A stretch of 64,000 nt of DNA. It comes from Desulfurococcales archaeon (GTDB lineage: Archaea > Thermoproteota > Thermoprotei_A > Sulfolobales > NBVN01). Shown in pieces: positions 29,428-37,536 of the stretch. Location: assembly GCA_027002995.1 (NCBI GenBank), contig JALWZB010000155.1:91682-155681 (forward strand). The letters are read 5' to 3'. The notes under the pieces were generated by a model. It was not told the origin of the DNA and searched no databases. It saw nothing but the letters and a program-made list of their open reading frames with translations. Numbering within the stretch: position 1 is the first letter of the stretch; every line of letters begins with the position of its first letter. The position numbers and the translations under genes are program-made.

Positions 29428-29622
29428 CTTCCTAACAGGTAGTTCTTTTACCTTCTCAATGTTTCGCTTGCTTATAGCGTGTTTTCCACGAGGACAATGC
29501 TAAAATAGTATGTACGGGATATATAACGGCTGGTCTTAGCGCTACTTGTCCGCTAAGTACCATATTAGCTTAATAACCCAGTAGTGCCACTCTACTTGTT
29601 AAGTCGTAGGAGTTGGAACCCT

Positions 29623-30072
29623 ATGTCCGAACACGTAGGAAAGGAAGCAGGCAAGCTTCAAACTAAAGTAATGGAACTAAAACCCGAGATGCGCAATATC
29701 AATATGACCGTCAGAGTCATAAGTTCTGACGAGCCTAAGACCATAAACACTAGGTCAGGACAGAGAACTATTAGCGAAGCAATAGTTGGTGACGAGACAG
29801 GGCGTGTTAAGTTAACGCTTTGGGGCAAGGCCGCCGGAACCGTGAGGGAGGGGCAAGTAGTAGAGATAAGGGGTGCATGGACAACGACGTACCGCGGTGA
29901 TGTTCAACTAAATATTGGTGGCGCTAATAACGTTAAGATTGTAACAGGACATAACGTACCTGAAGCCGAGAACATACCGGAGAACACGCCTAAAGCGCCA
30001 GAGGGTTATAGGCCTCCCAGGCGTGGCCTCCGGAGAGGATACGGTACCAGAAGACAGTACTGGAGCAGGTGA
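29623..30072 (+). CDS. ssb: single-stranded DNA-binding protein (crenarchaeal OB-fold SSB with RG-rich tail)
   Basis: TISEAIVGDETGRVKLTLWGK...WTTTYRGDVQLN closely matches my recollection of Sulfolobus SSB. Start taken at ATG 29623 (MSEHVGK). Confidence 0.9.
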   Translation: MSEHVGKEAGKLQTKVMELKPEMRNINMTVRVISSDEPKTINTRSGQRTISEAIVGDETGRVKLTLWGKAAGTVREGQVVEIRGAWTTTYRGDVQLNIGGANNVKIVTGHNVPEAENIPENTPKAPEGYRPPRRGLRRGYGTRRQYWSR

Positions 30073-30389
30073 TCACCGTGAGTGAAAATGAGTTAAGTTA
30101 CAATGAAATAAGGAACCTAAAACCAAAGAGACAGGGAATTAGCTTGGGTATGGAGGATGATAACTTCATAGTTGCCCTAGATGAGAACAGAGCATACACA
30201 CTGACAGCAGGAGCATATTATGTATGGATGCAATGCTCCGGAGAGAAGACTGTGGAAGACATAGTTAAGGAATTAAGCAAGGAGCTAAGCGCGGATCCCG
30301 AAACCGCTATGAGCGAGGATGAGCTGAAACCCCCGATAACCATAATACTGAACGAGTTAGCTAAGGTTGGCCTCGTAAAACTTGACTAA
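30069..30389 (+). CDS. PqqD-like (RiPP-recognition-element-like) small protein
   Basis: NRAYTLTAGAYYVWMQCSGEKTVEDIVKELSKEL...LNELAKVGLVKL fits the PqqD family pattern. GTGA overlap with the ssb stop. Confidence 0.55.
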   Translation: MITVSENELSYNEIRNLKPKRQGISLGMEDDNFIVALDENRAYTLTAGAYYVWMQCSGEKTVEDIVKELSKELSADPETAMSEDELKPPITIILNELAKVGLVKLD

Positions 30390-30849
30390 AGCAATATCTG
30401 TCGGAGACACCGATTACTTCAACGCAATCGCAGGTTTTAACCAACGCATTGATTAAAGAAATTATTACTACTAGATCTTCAGTAAGCAACTTAAATAAGT
30501 GTGTTTTATGAATAACCTTATCTGTTGACCCGAAACCTAGGATAGCGGACTTAACCTTGTCAAGCGAGACTAACACATCATAAAGGTAGTCTTCCCCCTG
30601 ACCGAAACAGAGCAAGGCTAGGAGAGGAATGCACTTTTCAGTTAAGTAATCTATATGCCAATGTATTTTCTTGCTCTTACTAAAGTGCCTTAAAACACGG
30701 GTAATGGGGTTTCTTATATTTGCCGATCCTACATATAGATATATACCTCTGCGTAGTCTAACTCTTCCTAGGCTACCAACTTGCGTAGTGATGTTATTAG
30801 GGCAATAAATTAACAGTACGTAGCCCGCACATTTGGTACTCAGAGTCAC
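30361..30849 (-). CDS. DUF123 / GIY-YIG superfamily protein
   Basis: GIYLYVGSA...RVLRH...KIHWHIDYL signature. Confidence 0.7.
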   Translation of the reverse strand: MTLSTKCAGYVLLIYCPNNITTQVGSLGRVRLRRGIYLYVGSANIRNPITRVLRHFSKSKKIHWHIDYLTEKCIPLLALLCFGQGEDYLYDVLVSLDKVKSAILGFGSTDKVIHKTHLFKLLTEDLVVIISLINALVKTCDCVEVIGVSDRYCFSQVLRGQP

Positions 30850-30881
30850 TGCGTATCTGTTCCCTCACCGTTATGCTCTAC

Positions 30882-31370
30882 TCATACCTCTAGTACGTAC
30901 CTTAGCTCGAGACCTAATTTCTTGTACATTCTCATAACATCCTTCACACCCATACGGCGTCTCTCCAAGGATTTCAGGAGGTGACCAACACCATAGGCTG
31001 TGGCACCAATTGCGTAAGTTATGCCTGTCGGGTCTGCAGGGAAGCAAAGGAATGTTAAGCCAATGCCTTGAACGCTTTCACTAATGCTGTCCTCAGCTTC
31101 CCGCCCCCGTATGTTATTGAACTCCCTCCTGACTTCGGCGAAGCACTTAACACATTTCCTTAAGGTCTCACCTTCTTCTCTATATTGCTGAGCTAGGGTC
31201 TCAAGACCCATCCTTATTGAGTCATACCCGGCTCTTCTCCTTAGATTTTCCCGCAACTTTATTTCCCCTGAACATAGTATTTTGATACGTGATGAGACCG
31301 GCTTTAGCTGAGTGGTGAATGAGGAGTTACCTCGCTGATTAAGCCTCAACAGCTTCTTCAGTACTCTCAC
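30882..31370 (-). CDS. hypothetical protein
   Basis: ORF only. Overlaps the upstream wHTH gene by 32 nt. Confidence 0.4.
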   Translation of the reverse strand: MRVLKKLLRLNQRGNSSFTTQLKPVSSRIKILCSGEIKLRENLRRRAGYDSIRMGLETLAQQYREEGETLRKCVKCFAEVRREFNNIRGREAEDSISESVQGIGLTFLCFPADPTGITYAIGATAYGVGHLLKSLERRRMGVKDVMRMYKKLGLELRYVLEV

Positions 31371-31659
31371 GGATTGAAGTCGGCGCCTCAGAGGACTCGT
31401 TGGTAACTACGTCAATTAGCACCGAGTCAGCACTCTCTAATGCCTGCAGTAGCTTTAGCCCAAGCTTTGTCAATTTATACACTCTGTAATTCCCCTTCTC
31501 TAGAATAAGCTCTATGAGTCCTAAAGTCTCAAGAACGTGGAATGTGGCTAGGACTTCGTACCTGGGTAAGCCGGTTGCCGCAACTACGTCACCGGGCGTA
31601 ACAACTCTTCCAACCATGGCCTCGATTATAGCCTTGAGCCTCCTACGGAACTCCCTCAT
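31339..31659 (-). CDS. winged-helix DNA-binding protein, divergent from the pilus operon
   Basis: VTPGDVVAATGLPRYEVLATFHVLETLGLIE...YRVYKLTKLG has an HTH plus wing pattern. Confidence 0.6.
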   Translation of the reverse strand: MREFRRRLKAIIEAMVGRVVTPGDVVAATGLPRYEVLATFHVLETLGLIELILEKGNYRVYKLTKLGLKLLQALESADSVLIDVVTNESSEAPTSIRESTEEAVEA

Positions 31660-31722
31660 TCACAACACCGTTGGTGAACTAGACTTTAGTCAGTATTTAA
31701 GGGCGGAACCCCTTCAGAACTC

Positions 31723-31730
31723 TTTTTAAA
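31723..31730 (+). promoter_or_regulatory. TATA-like box of the pilus/VirB4-like operon
   Basis: TTTTTAAA is centred about 30 nt upstream of ATG 31757, implying a leaderless or near-leaderless mRNA. The ORF-track ATG at 31730 lies inside this box. Confidence 0.4.
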
Positions 31731-31756
31731 TGGGTGAGTTTGATGGGGGTATACCC

Positions 31757-32215
31757 ATGCGAAACAAATCCCGTAAGATCTTGAGGAAAGGTGTAAGTGA
31801 TCTGGTAGTAATATTAGCGTTAGTAGCTATTGCAATACCCGTCGCCCTAGCATTGCAGGGGTGGCTAGGCTCTCAGGCATCTAAGATGAGTTCATACACA
31901 GCAACACCTCAAGTGAGCGGCGTACTAGTATCAAAGTCGGTATCATCCACAGGACAGGTATTCATTATACGTGTTAAGAACACCGGTAGTTACAACTACT
32001 CCTTGGCGTCAATAGTAGCTAAGGCCATACTTGCTAACGGATCAATAATTCAAGCAACAGTCAGTACAGCGTCAAATCTCAATGTGTTGCAACCGGGCAC
32101 CACTACCACGTTAAGCGTCGTAGTATCTACAAAAGCTGATGTAAAAACAATAGTGTTGACCCTAGAGAACCTGAACACGGGTAAAGAAGAAACATTAAAT
32201 GTAAACGTTGCATAA
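31757..32215 (+). CDS. type IV pilin-like protein with class III signal peptide
   Basis: MRNKSRKILRKG|VSDLVVILALVAIAIPVALAL has a basic N-terminus, a KG|VS PibD-type cleavage site and a hydrophobic helix, followed by a Ser/Thr-rich beta domain. Confidence 0.65.
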   Translation: MRNKSRKILRKGVSDLVVILALVAIAIPVALALQGWLGSQASKMSSYTATPQVSGVLVSKSVSSTGQVFIIRVKNTGSYNYSLASIVAKAILANGSIIQATVSTASNLNVLQPGTTTTLSVVVSTKADVKTIVLTLENLNTGKEETLNVNVA

Positions 32216-32278
32216 TATCGTAAAATATAGTAAATTTTTCAACTAAAAAATATTAATGTTTATTTAACGGGGTGGTGC

Positions 32279-33631
32279 GTGATGACGGAAATTATTGTGG
32301 AATATAGGGTTGGGACAGCTAAAGTAACGATAACCAAGGATGCTGAGGGATCCTTCCAATATATTGTTAGAGAACAGGAAGTAGAAGACGTCAGGAAAGA
32401 AATCAGAAAGAACATTGAAGTAATAATCATGGGTAGCGAGGGTAGTGACAACGATATGTATTCCCTTGTAAGGACTGCCATAAGGCTTCTTAAAATACGC
32501 AGGAAGAGAAATTTGCCTGAAGCTAATGTCGCCTATGCGTTCCGGAAGGAGCTTAAGTACAAGAAACTTCAGGTACTAATAGATGACCCATATGTTGAGG
32601 ATATCTCAATAGTTGGCCCAGGTAATGTTTGGGTCAGACATTCATATATAGTTTCGCGCGACCCACATGCTGACTATATCAAGACCAACATAGTTCTAAA
32701 GGATATGTTTGAATTCTTAGAATACATGAATTTGCTTGCCGAGAAAGCAGGTAAGCTTATAAGCAGGGCCACCCCTATAATCGACGCTAACCTCCCTGAA
32801 AGTGACGGTGGGCACCGGATCCACTTAGTACACCCAGATATAGCGGATGGTAAGGGTGAGATTGTAATAAGGAAAAAGAAGTCAAGTACGTTAGTTAGAG
32901 TGAAGGAATTAGTAAGTAATGGCATGTTGACACAGGACATAGCGCTACTTTTGCAGGATATAATAATGAGACGAGGCTCAATATTGATAGTAGGTCCTCC
33001 CGGCTCGGGCAAGACAACGTTATTACGCGCGATACTCTACGATATAATTCCACGTGACTGGAAAGTAGCTATCATAGAGGACACCCCAGAAATAGACCCT
33101 CCCCAGGGAAGTTGTTGGGTTAGATACGTCACACCGACATACCGCATAGCCAATGGTGACTCCATAGAGTTTGACCAGATGGCTTTGACTAAAGCAGCTC
33201 TTCGTTCGTCCGTTAATCGCTTCATCGTCATAGGTGAAACGAGAGGTGCAGAGGCTAGAGTGCTTGTTCAGGCGATGAACATGGGAATGGGGGGATTGAC
33301 AACTTTTCATGGAGGCTCTGCCGAGGAAGCCATAATGAGGCTTACGTCCCCTCCAATAAATCTAACAGCACAACAGGTAGCAATGTTCAACCTAATAGTC
33401 ACGCTAAATTACGTAGTGGAGAACGGGCTTAGAAGAGCTGTAGTCGCTATAGATGAACCCGTCTACGATAAGGATGAGGACTCCGTTATGTTGAATAATA
33501 TATACGAATATGGCGAGAACGTAACCTATAATACCTTGCTATCGAGGCTACAGAAAATTAGCAGGATTAACTCCAGCAAATCCCCTGCAAACCTCTACGC
33601 CAAGGTTAACAGAGTCCTAGAGGTAAGCTAA
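32279..33631 (+). CDS. type II/IV secretion ATPase (FlaI/PilB/VirB11 family)
   Basis: Walker A GPPGSGKTT, Asp box AIIEDTPEI, Walker B FIVIGETRGAEA, His box TFHGGSAEEA. Confidence 0.85.
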   Translation: MMTEIIVEYRVGTAKVTITKDAEGSFQYIVREQEVEDVRKEIRKNIEVIIMGSEGSDNDMYSLVRTAIRLLKIRRKRNLPEANVAYAFRKELKYKKLQVLIDDPYVEDISIVGPGNVWVRHSYIVSRDPHADYIKTNIVLKDMFEFLEYMNLLAEKAGKLISRATPIIDANLPESDGGHRIHLVHPDIADGKGEIVIRKKKSSTLVRVKELVSNGMLTQDIALLLQDIIMRRGSILIVGPPGSGKTTLLRAILYDIIPRDWKVAIIEDTPEIDPPQGSCWVRYVTPTYRIANGDSIEFDQMALTKAALRSSVNRFIVIGETRGAEARVLVQAMNMGMGGLTTFHGGSAEEAIMRLTSPPINLTAQQVAMFNLIVTLNYVVENGLRRAVVAIDEPVYDKDEDSVMLNNIYEYGENVTYNTLLSRLQKISRINSSKSPANLYAKVNRVLEVS

Positions 33632-33633
33632 CA

Positions 33634-35187
33634 ATGTTCATGAAGTCCTTAATGAAGTACCCCATGAGGTTATTGAACAGCTACCTTTCAGTTACGTATA
33701 CCCTTAGGGTTCAGGCCGGCATGAGATTATCAATGACAAATAGCGAGAACAGAAACTCACTATTGAGAATCTTACTTCCTACACTAATGGGAGGCTTCAT
33801 AATTGCTATGGATAAACTCATCTTAAACACATCAATTAGTACGCTCCCACATACGCTTAACACCATCCTTGGGATGCTTGCCTCCCTACTGTTACTCAAC
33901 CCTATACTTTACATCCTTTACCTACTAGCCAAAGCACGTGCGCGAGCTAAGAAGATTGAAGAGGAGATGAAGTATTTCATAATTTCGGAGTCTGTTATAG
34001 CATCAGCGTCACCCAACATAATTGATGATTTAACATCGCTTGGAAACTTACATGAGATTTTTAATCAACTGTCGAAGGAATCCACACTGCTAAGGAGATT
34101 ACGAAGGTTAATGACTACATCCGAGGTCGTCCACTTATACAGTAAGTGGATTAAATCGAAGTTCGTTGGGAATCTATTAAGCGATTTCGTTTTCGCTCAG
34201 AGTTTAGGGATAGTCAAGGCTTGGCTGAGGGAGAAAGGAAAAGAACTGCTTGAGGAGTTAAGAGTAGATAGCCTGAACAGGGTGAAATTTAGGGCTACGA
34301 TATCCGTGCTATTCGCCGTGCTTTTGGGTTATGTTCCCCCGATTATTCTTGCCTTGAGCGCGCTAATGGGTAGTGGGGTAGTTACTAAAGCACTAACTAT
34401 GACGTTAGTGCTTTGTCCTGTGTTCTTCTGGGTTACCCCACGTACACCTAAACATTTCGAGATACATTTTAGGGAATTACCACGCAAGTGCCTAATTATT
34501 GTGACAGCCGTAATAGTTATCCTTATATCCAAGTGCGTTACTGCGGTATTCGAGCAGAACAGTGAAATACACGCGTTGTTTCTATACTTAATCCTACTAG
34601 GGATTACCTTAACTGCCCTAGGGCTATTCCAGGTTTCAAGTATGATTAACGCTGTTCATGAGGCACGCCAGCTCTCTAACGTCCTACTGACTATCATAGA
34701 GGCACCTTTGAGTGTCGGTAATGCCCTAGCAATAGTCAAGGAAGCGCTTAATCGAACTAACTACAAGGTTTTCAAGGAATTAAGTAGTAAGATTAACTTG
34801 TTGTCTGCATATCCTGGTATCCTTAGTAACGCTAGGTTATGGATAACTAAGTTTACTGTGTACACCATAATGAAGGGGCTGATGTACGGGACTCTTAATA
34901 GGGAGAACCTAATGAAGTTAAGGAACCTCGTAACCGAGATGCTTAGGGAATTCAAGCTATCATTATCAACAAACGCCATAGTTGCCATGTTAGCACTTGC
35001 TTTACCCCTAATACTTAATTACGTCGGTACGCTTGGGAGTGCCTCAGTAGTACCTTTAACAACGCTGTACATCGTCATATCGTCGTTGGTCTACTCGAGT
35101 TACGCGTCCTACGTAACCTTTGGTAAGATATCTAATACCTTACTTCCTGGAGTGGTTTGCATTGAACTAGCATTCCTGCTGAGGTGA
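33634..35187 (+). CDS. polytopic membrane protein, FlaJ/PilC/TadC (GspF)-like platform
   Basis: About 9 TM segments interrupted by two roughly 100-130-aa soluble loops, as in FlaJ. Starts 3 nt after the ATPase stop. Confidence 0.6.
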   Translation: MFMKSLMKYPMRLLNSYLSVTYTLRVQAGMRLSMTNSENRNSLLRILLPTLMGGFIIAMDKLILNTSISTLPHTLNTILGMLASLLLLNPILYILYLLAKARARAKKIEEEMKYFIISESVIASASPNIIDDLTSLGNLHEIFNQLSKESTLLRRLRRLMTTSEVVHLYSKWIKSKFVGNLLSDFVFAQSLGIVKAWLREKGKELLEELRVDSLNRVKFRATISVLFAVLLGYVPPIILALSALMGSGVVTKALTMTLVLCPVFFWVTPRTPKHFEIHFRELPRKCLIIVTAVIVILISKCVTAVFEQNSEIHALFLYLILLGITLTALGLFQVSSMINAVHEARQLSNVLLTIIEAPLSVGNALAIVKEALNRTNYKVFKELSSKINLLSAYPGILSNARLWITKFTVYTIMKGLMYGTLNRENLMKLRNLVTEMLREFKLSLSTNAIVAMLALALPLILNYVGTLGSASVVPLTTLYIVISSLVYSSYASYVTFGKISNTLLPGVVCIELAFLLR

Positions 35188-35193
35188 CCTAAG

Positions 35194-37536
35194 ATGATAC
35201 CTCAACCACTTAACTTAATCCCGTGGAGTACCATCCTTCAAGAATCCCTCACTAGGAAGGCAGAATATTCGCTAGTGTCCAGGCATGGACACGTATATTT
35301 AATGAGAAACCCTGCGGGCGACCTCTCACCCGAAGAAGTCTTTTATGAGGTACTCCTTGAGGGAACCGAGTTACGCGTAAGGGAAGTGAACGCACATAGT
35401 GACCCTGAGAGAAATGAGTTTCGAGGCGTAGTGGGTTCTCTAGTGAGGTTTACTAAAGACGGATTCTTCGTCGTTACCCGACATAACGAAAAGTTAAAAT
35501 GTGAAAAGAGTACATCAAGGGTATTTCGAATACGCGATAAGGTATTGCTGGTGTGTACCGATAGAAATCATGCTAAGATAGTTTCTCCTGCAAGCGGGGA
35601 TCTTATAGGGATTAAGAATATCGTGACCGCTAGGGGAACGTGGACTTACCTAATTGCAGGCAACCTACGAGGAGGTACGTTAGTACTGATAATCGACCCC
35701 TTGAGGGGGCTTTTTCGGGAGTATCGAATAACTAATTGTGTGCCGAGTGATGTAGTGTGCGGTGATTCATTATGTATCATCAAATGCGGAAATGAAGAAT
35801 ATTACGCAGTAACATTCAATGATGTTCACGCAATTCCTGCTGGTCTCTCCCCGCTTACTAGTTGTGGAAATAGTGAATACTACTTCGATATAGAGAATAA
35901 CTTGCTGACAAGGTACTTAAACGGTGTTTTAGAACCTCTGGTGAACATCAAACCACAGTGCTTAACCTGCTATGATGATACCGATGCAGTGCTTACTGAC
36001 AGTACAGGAACATACTTGCTTCACGGGAATACCCTATTTAAACTCACGGAGTTTCCAGCTAGGGAAATAGCGTCAAGCAAACCTGTAATTACTGTAAGGG
36101 CAAAAGCCGGTAAATATCTCGTAATCAATGCCTCCAGAAGAGTCACAGGCGAGGTGTACGCAAAGTCATGCGCACCGACTGCTGAAGGGCCCGTAGTGTG
36201 TACTACTGATGAAGGGATCGCTATCTTAAGTCCTTTCGAGTTCTTCAATCCCAAAATTAAAGTTCTAAGAGATTCCGTGAACTTCGACGGGTATGTGATA
36301 ATAGAGATAGAACCATGGTCCTCCGGCAGTAGCTACGACGTAAAAGGACCGGTTACCGTGGTTAACACTATAACAACGGGTTCTAAAGCAATGGTAGCAC
36401 TAAGACCTCGAAGGCTTGGATGGAGCGGTAACGTTGTATTTAGTGTGAAACTACCTATATATCACATATCATCAAACCTTCGTATAGCATCGAAAGAACC
36501 AACCTTAAGCGAGGTATCGGTAATTGACTGCGCGTTCCTTAAGGGAGGATATCTAAGGGGATCGAACTTTAACTTTAAAGCGACACTCGGAGTAACCATA
36601 ACATCACCAGTACCTGAGGAGCCCTCTTTAGAATTAAGCTGTAACTCGTTGAAGGAGTATCATGTAAAGCTCTTAAGGAAGGAGTGTACGTTAAGCAATT
36701 CATGTAAGTTTATCCTAGAAATATTAGGCTATAGTAAAAATGAATGTAAAATACCCTTCGAAATCACTGTTAGGTACGGCAGGGGCGATGCGTACAGGGT
36801 TGGCAGGTCAATAATAGACTTAAGCAATTATGTCTTAGAAAATCCCCTGAGTTCAAGTAAATTACTAGTTAACCACTTAAATAGACAAACAACCGTAGTG
36901 GAGAGTGTTAAAGGAGCTAAGCTCTTGGTGTTATGCAGTAATGGCTATGTTTTCGAGGGTACGGGTAGCGTAACTATCTCAGAGTGTTTAGAGCCGTTAC
37001 TAGTAACTGAGGAGCTTGTGGATGGTGACTACTTATGGCGTAAGGAGTACAGGCTCAGGTGCAATGCTAGGTACATAGTTACCGGTGGCTCCTCTTTCAA
37101 TGTAACTAAAGCTGAGGGCAGGGAGGGAGGCATAATATGTAGGAGCTCCTTAATCATAGTACCGCATAATCTTGAACTACGTGTGCATATCGATAAACTT
37201 CAAGTGCATAGTAATGGCTCTGCAGAGATCCTCCTGGGACTTGAAACGAACGTGCCTTCCCTAGTTAGCGTTAGGTGTGGAGAAACACTTACACAGGGTT
37301 TCGTAGAACGCAAGGCAGACCTACTCACAGAGTGTTCGATACATGACGCCTTAGGAGGCATTGACGTGATAGCAATTCCTGTGGGTTCTAACAAGATTTC
37401 CCAGCATGAGGTAAGGCCTCAGGAAATTGCACAATTAATACTACAAAATGCGGTAAGAGTAGCTAGGGCTCTTTTGGACATGACTTTAAGACCGAAATTA
37501 TTTGAGGTGAGTAATCATGCTCAAGAACATACTTAA
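35194..37536 (+). CDS. large Cys-rich protein of unknown function
   Basis: 780-aa ORF with no TM segment or signal recognised. Embedded in the operon with a 20-nt overlap with the next gene. Confidence 0.5.
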   Translation: MIPQPLNLIPWSTILQESLTRKAEYSLVSRHGHVYLMRNPAGDLSPEEVFYEVLLEGTELRVREVNAHSDPERNEFRGVVGSLVRFTKDGFFVVTRHNEKLKCEKSTSRVFRIRDKVLLVCTDRNHAKIVSPASGDLIGIKNIVTARGTWTYLIAGNLRGGTLVLIIDPLRGLFREYRITNCVPSDVVCGDSLCIIKCGNEEYYAVTFNDVHAIPAGLSPLTSCGNSEYYFDIENNLLTRYLNGVLEPLVNIKPQCLTCYDDTDAVLTDSTGTYLLHGNTLFKLTEFPAREIASSKPVITVRAKAGKYLVINASRRVTGEVYAKSCAPTAEGPVVCTTDEGIAILSPFEFFNPKIKVLRDSVNFDGYVIIEIEPWSSGSSYDVKGPVTVVNTITTGSKAMVALRPRRLGWSGNVVFSVKLPIYHISSNLRIASKEPTLSEVSVIDCAFLKGGYLRGSNFNFKATLGVTITSPVPEEPSLELSCNSLKEYHVKLLRKECTLSNSCKFILEILGYSKNECKIPFEITVRYGRGDAYRVGRSIIDLSNYVLENPLSSSKLLVNHLNRQTTVVESVKGAKLLVLCSNGYVFEGTGSVTISECLEPLLVTEELVDGDYLWRKEYRLRCNARYIVTGGSSFNVTKAEGREGGIICRSSLIIVPHNLELRVHIDKLQVHSNGSAEILLGLETNVPSLVSVRCGETLTQGFVERKADLLTECSIHDALGGIDVIAIPVGSNKISQHEVRPQEIAQLILQNAVRVARALLDMTLRPKLFEVSNHAQEHT

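Noticed and set aside
29535-29557. 7-bp hairpin CTTAGCG-(9 nt)-CGCTAAG upstream of ssb, with the loop motif CTACTTGT repeated at about 29590; considered as an SSB autoregulatory 5'-UTR element
   Set aside because: The nearest TATA box (29519-29526) predicts a start inside the hairpin, so the structure may not be in the mRNA. There is no further support.
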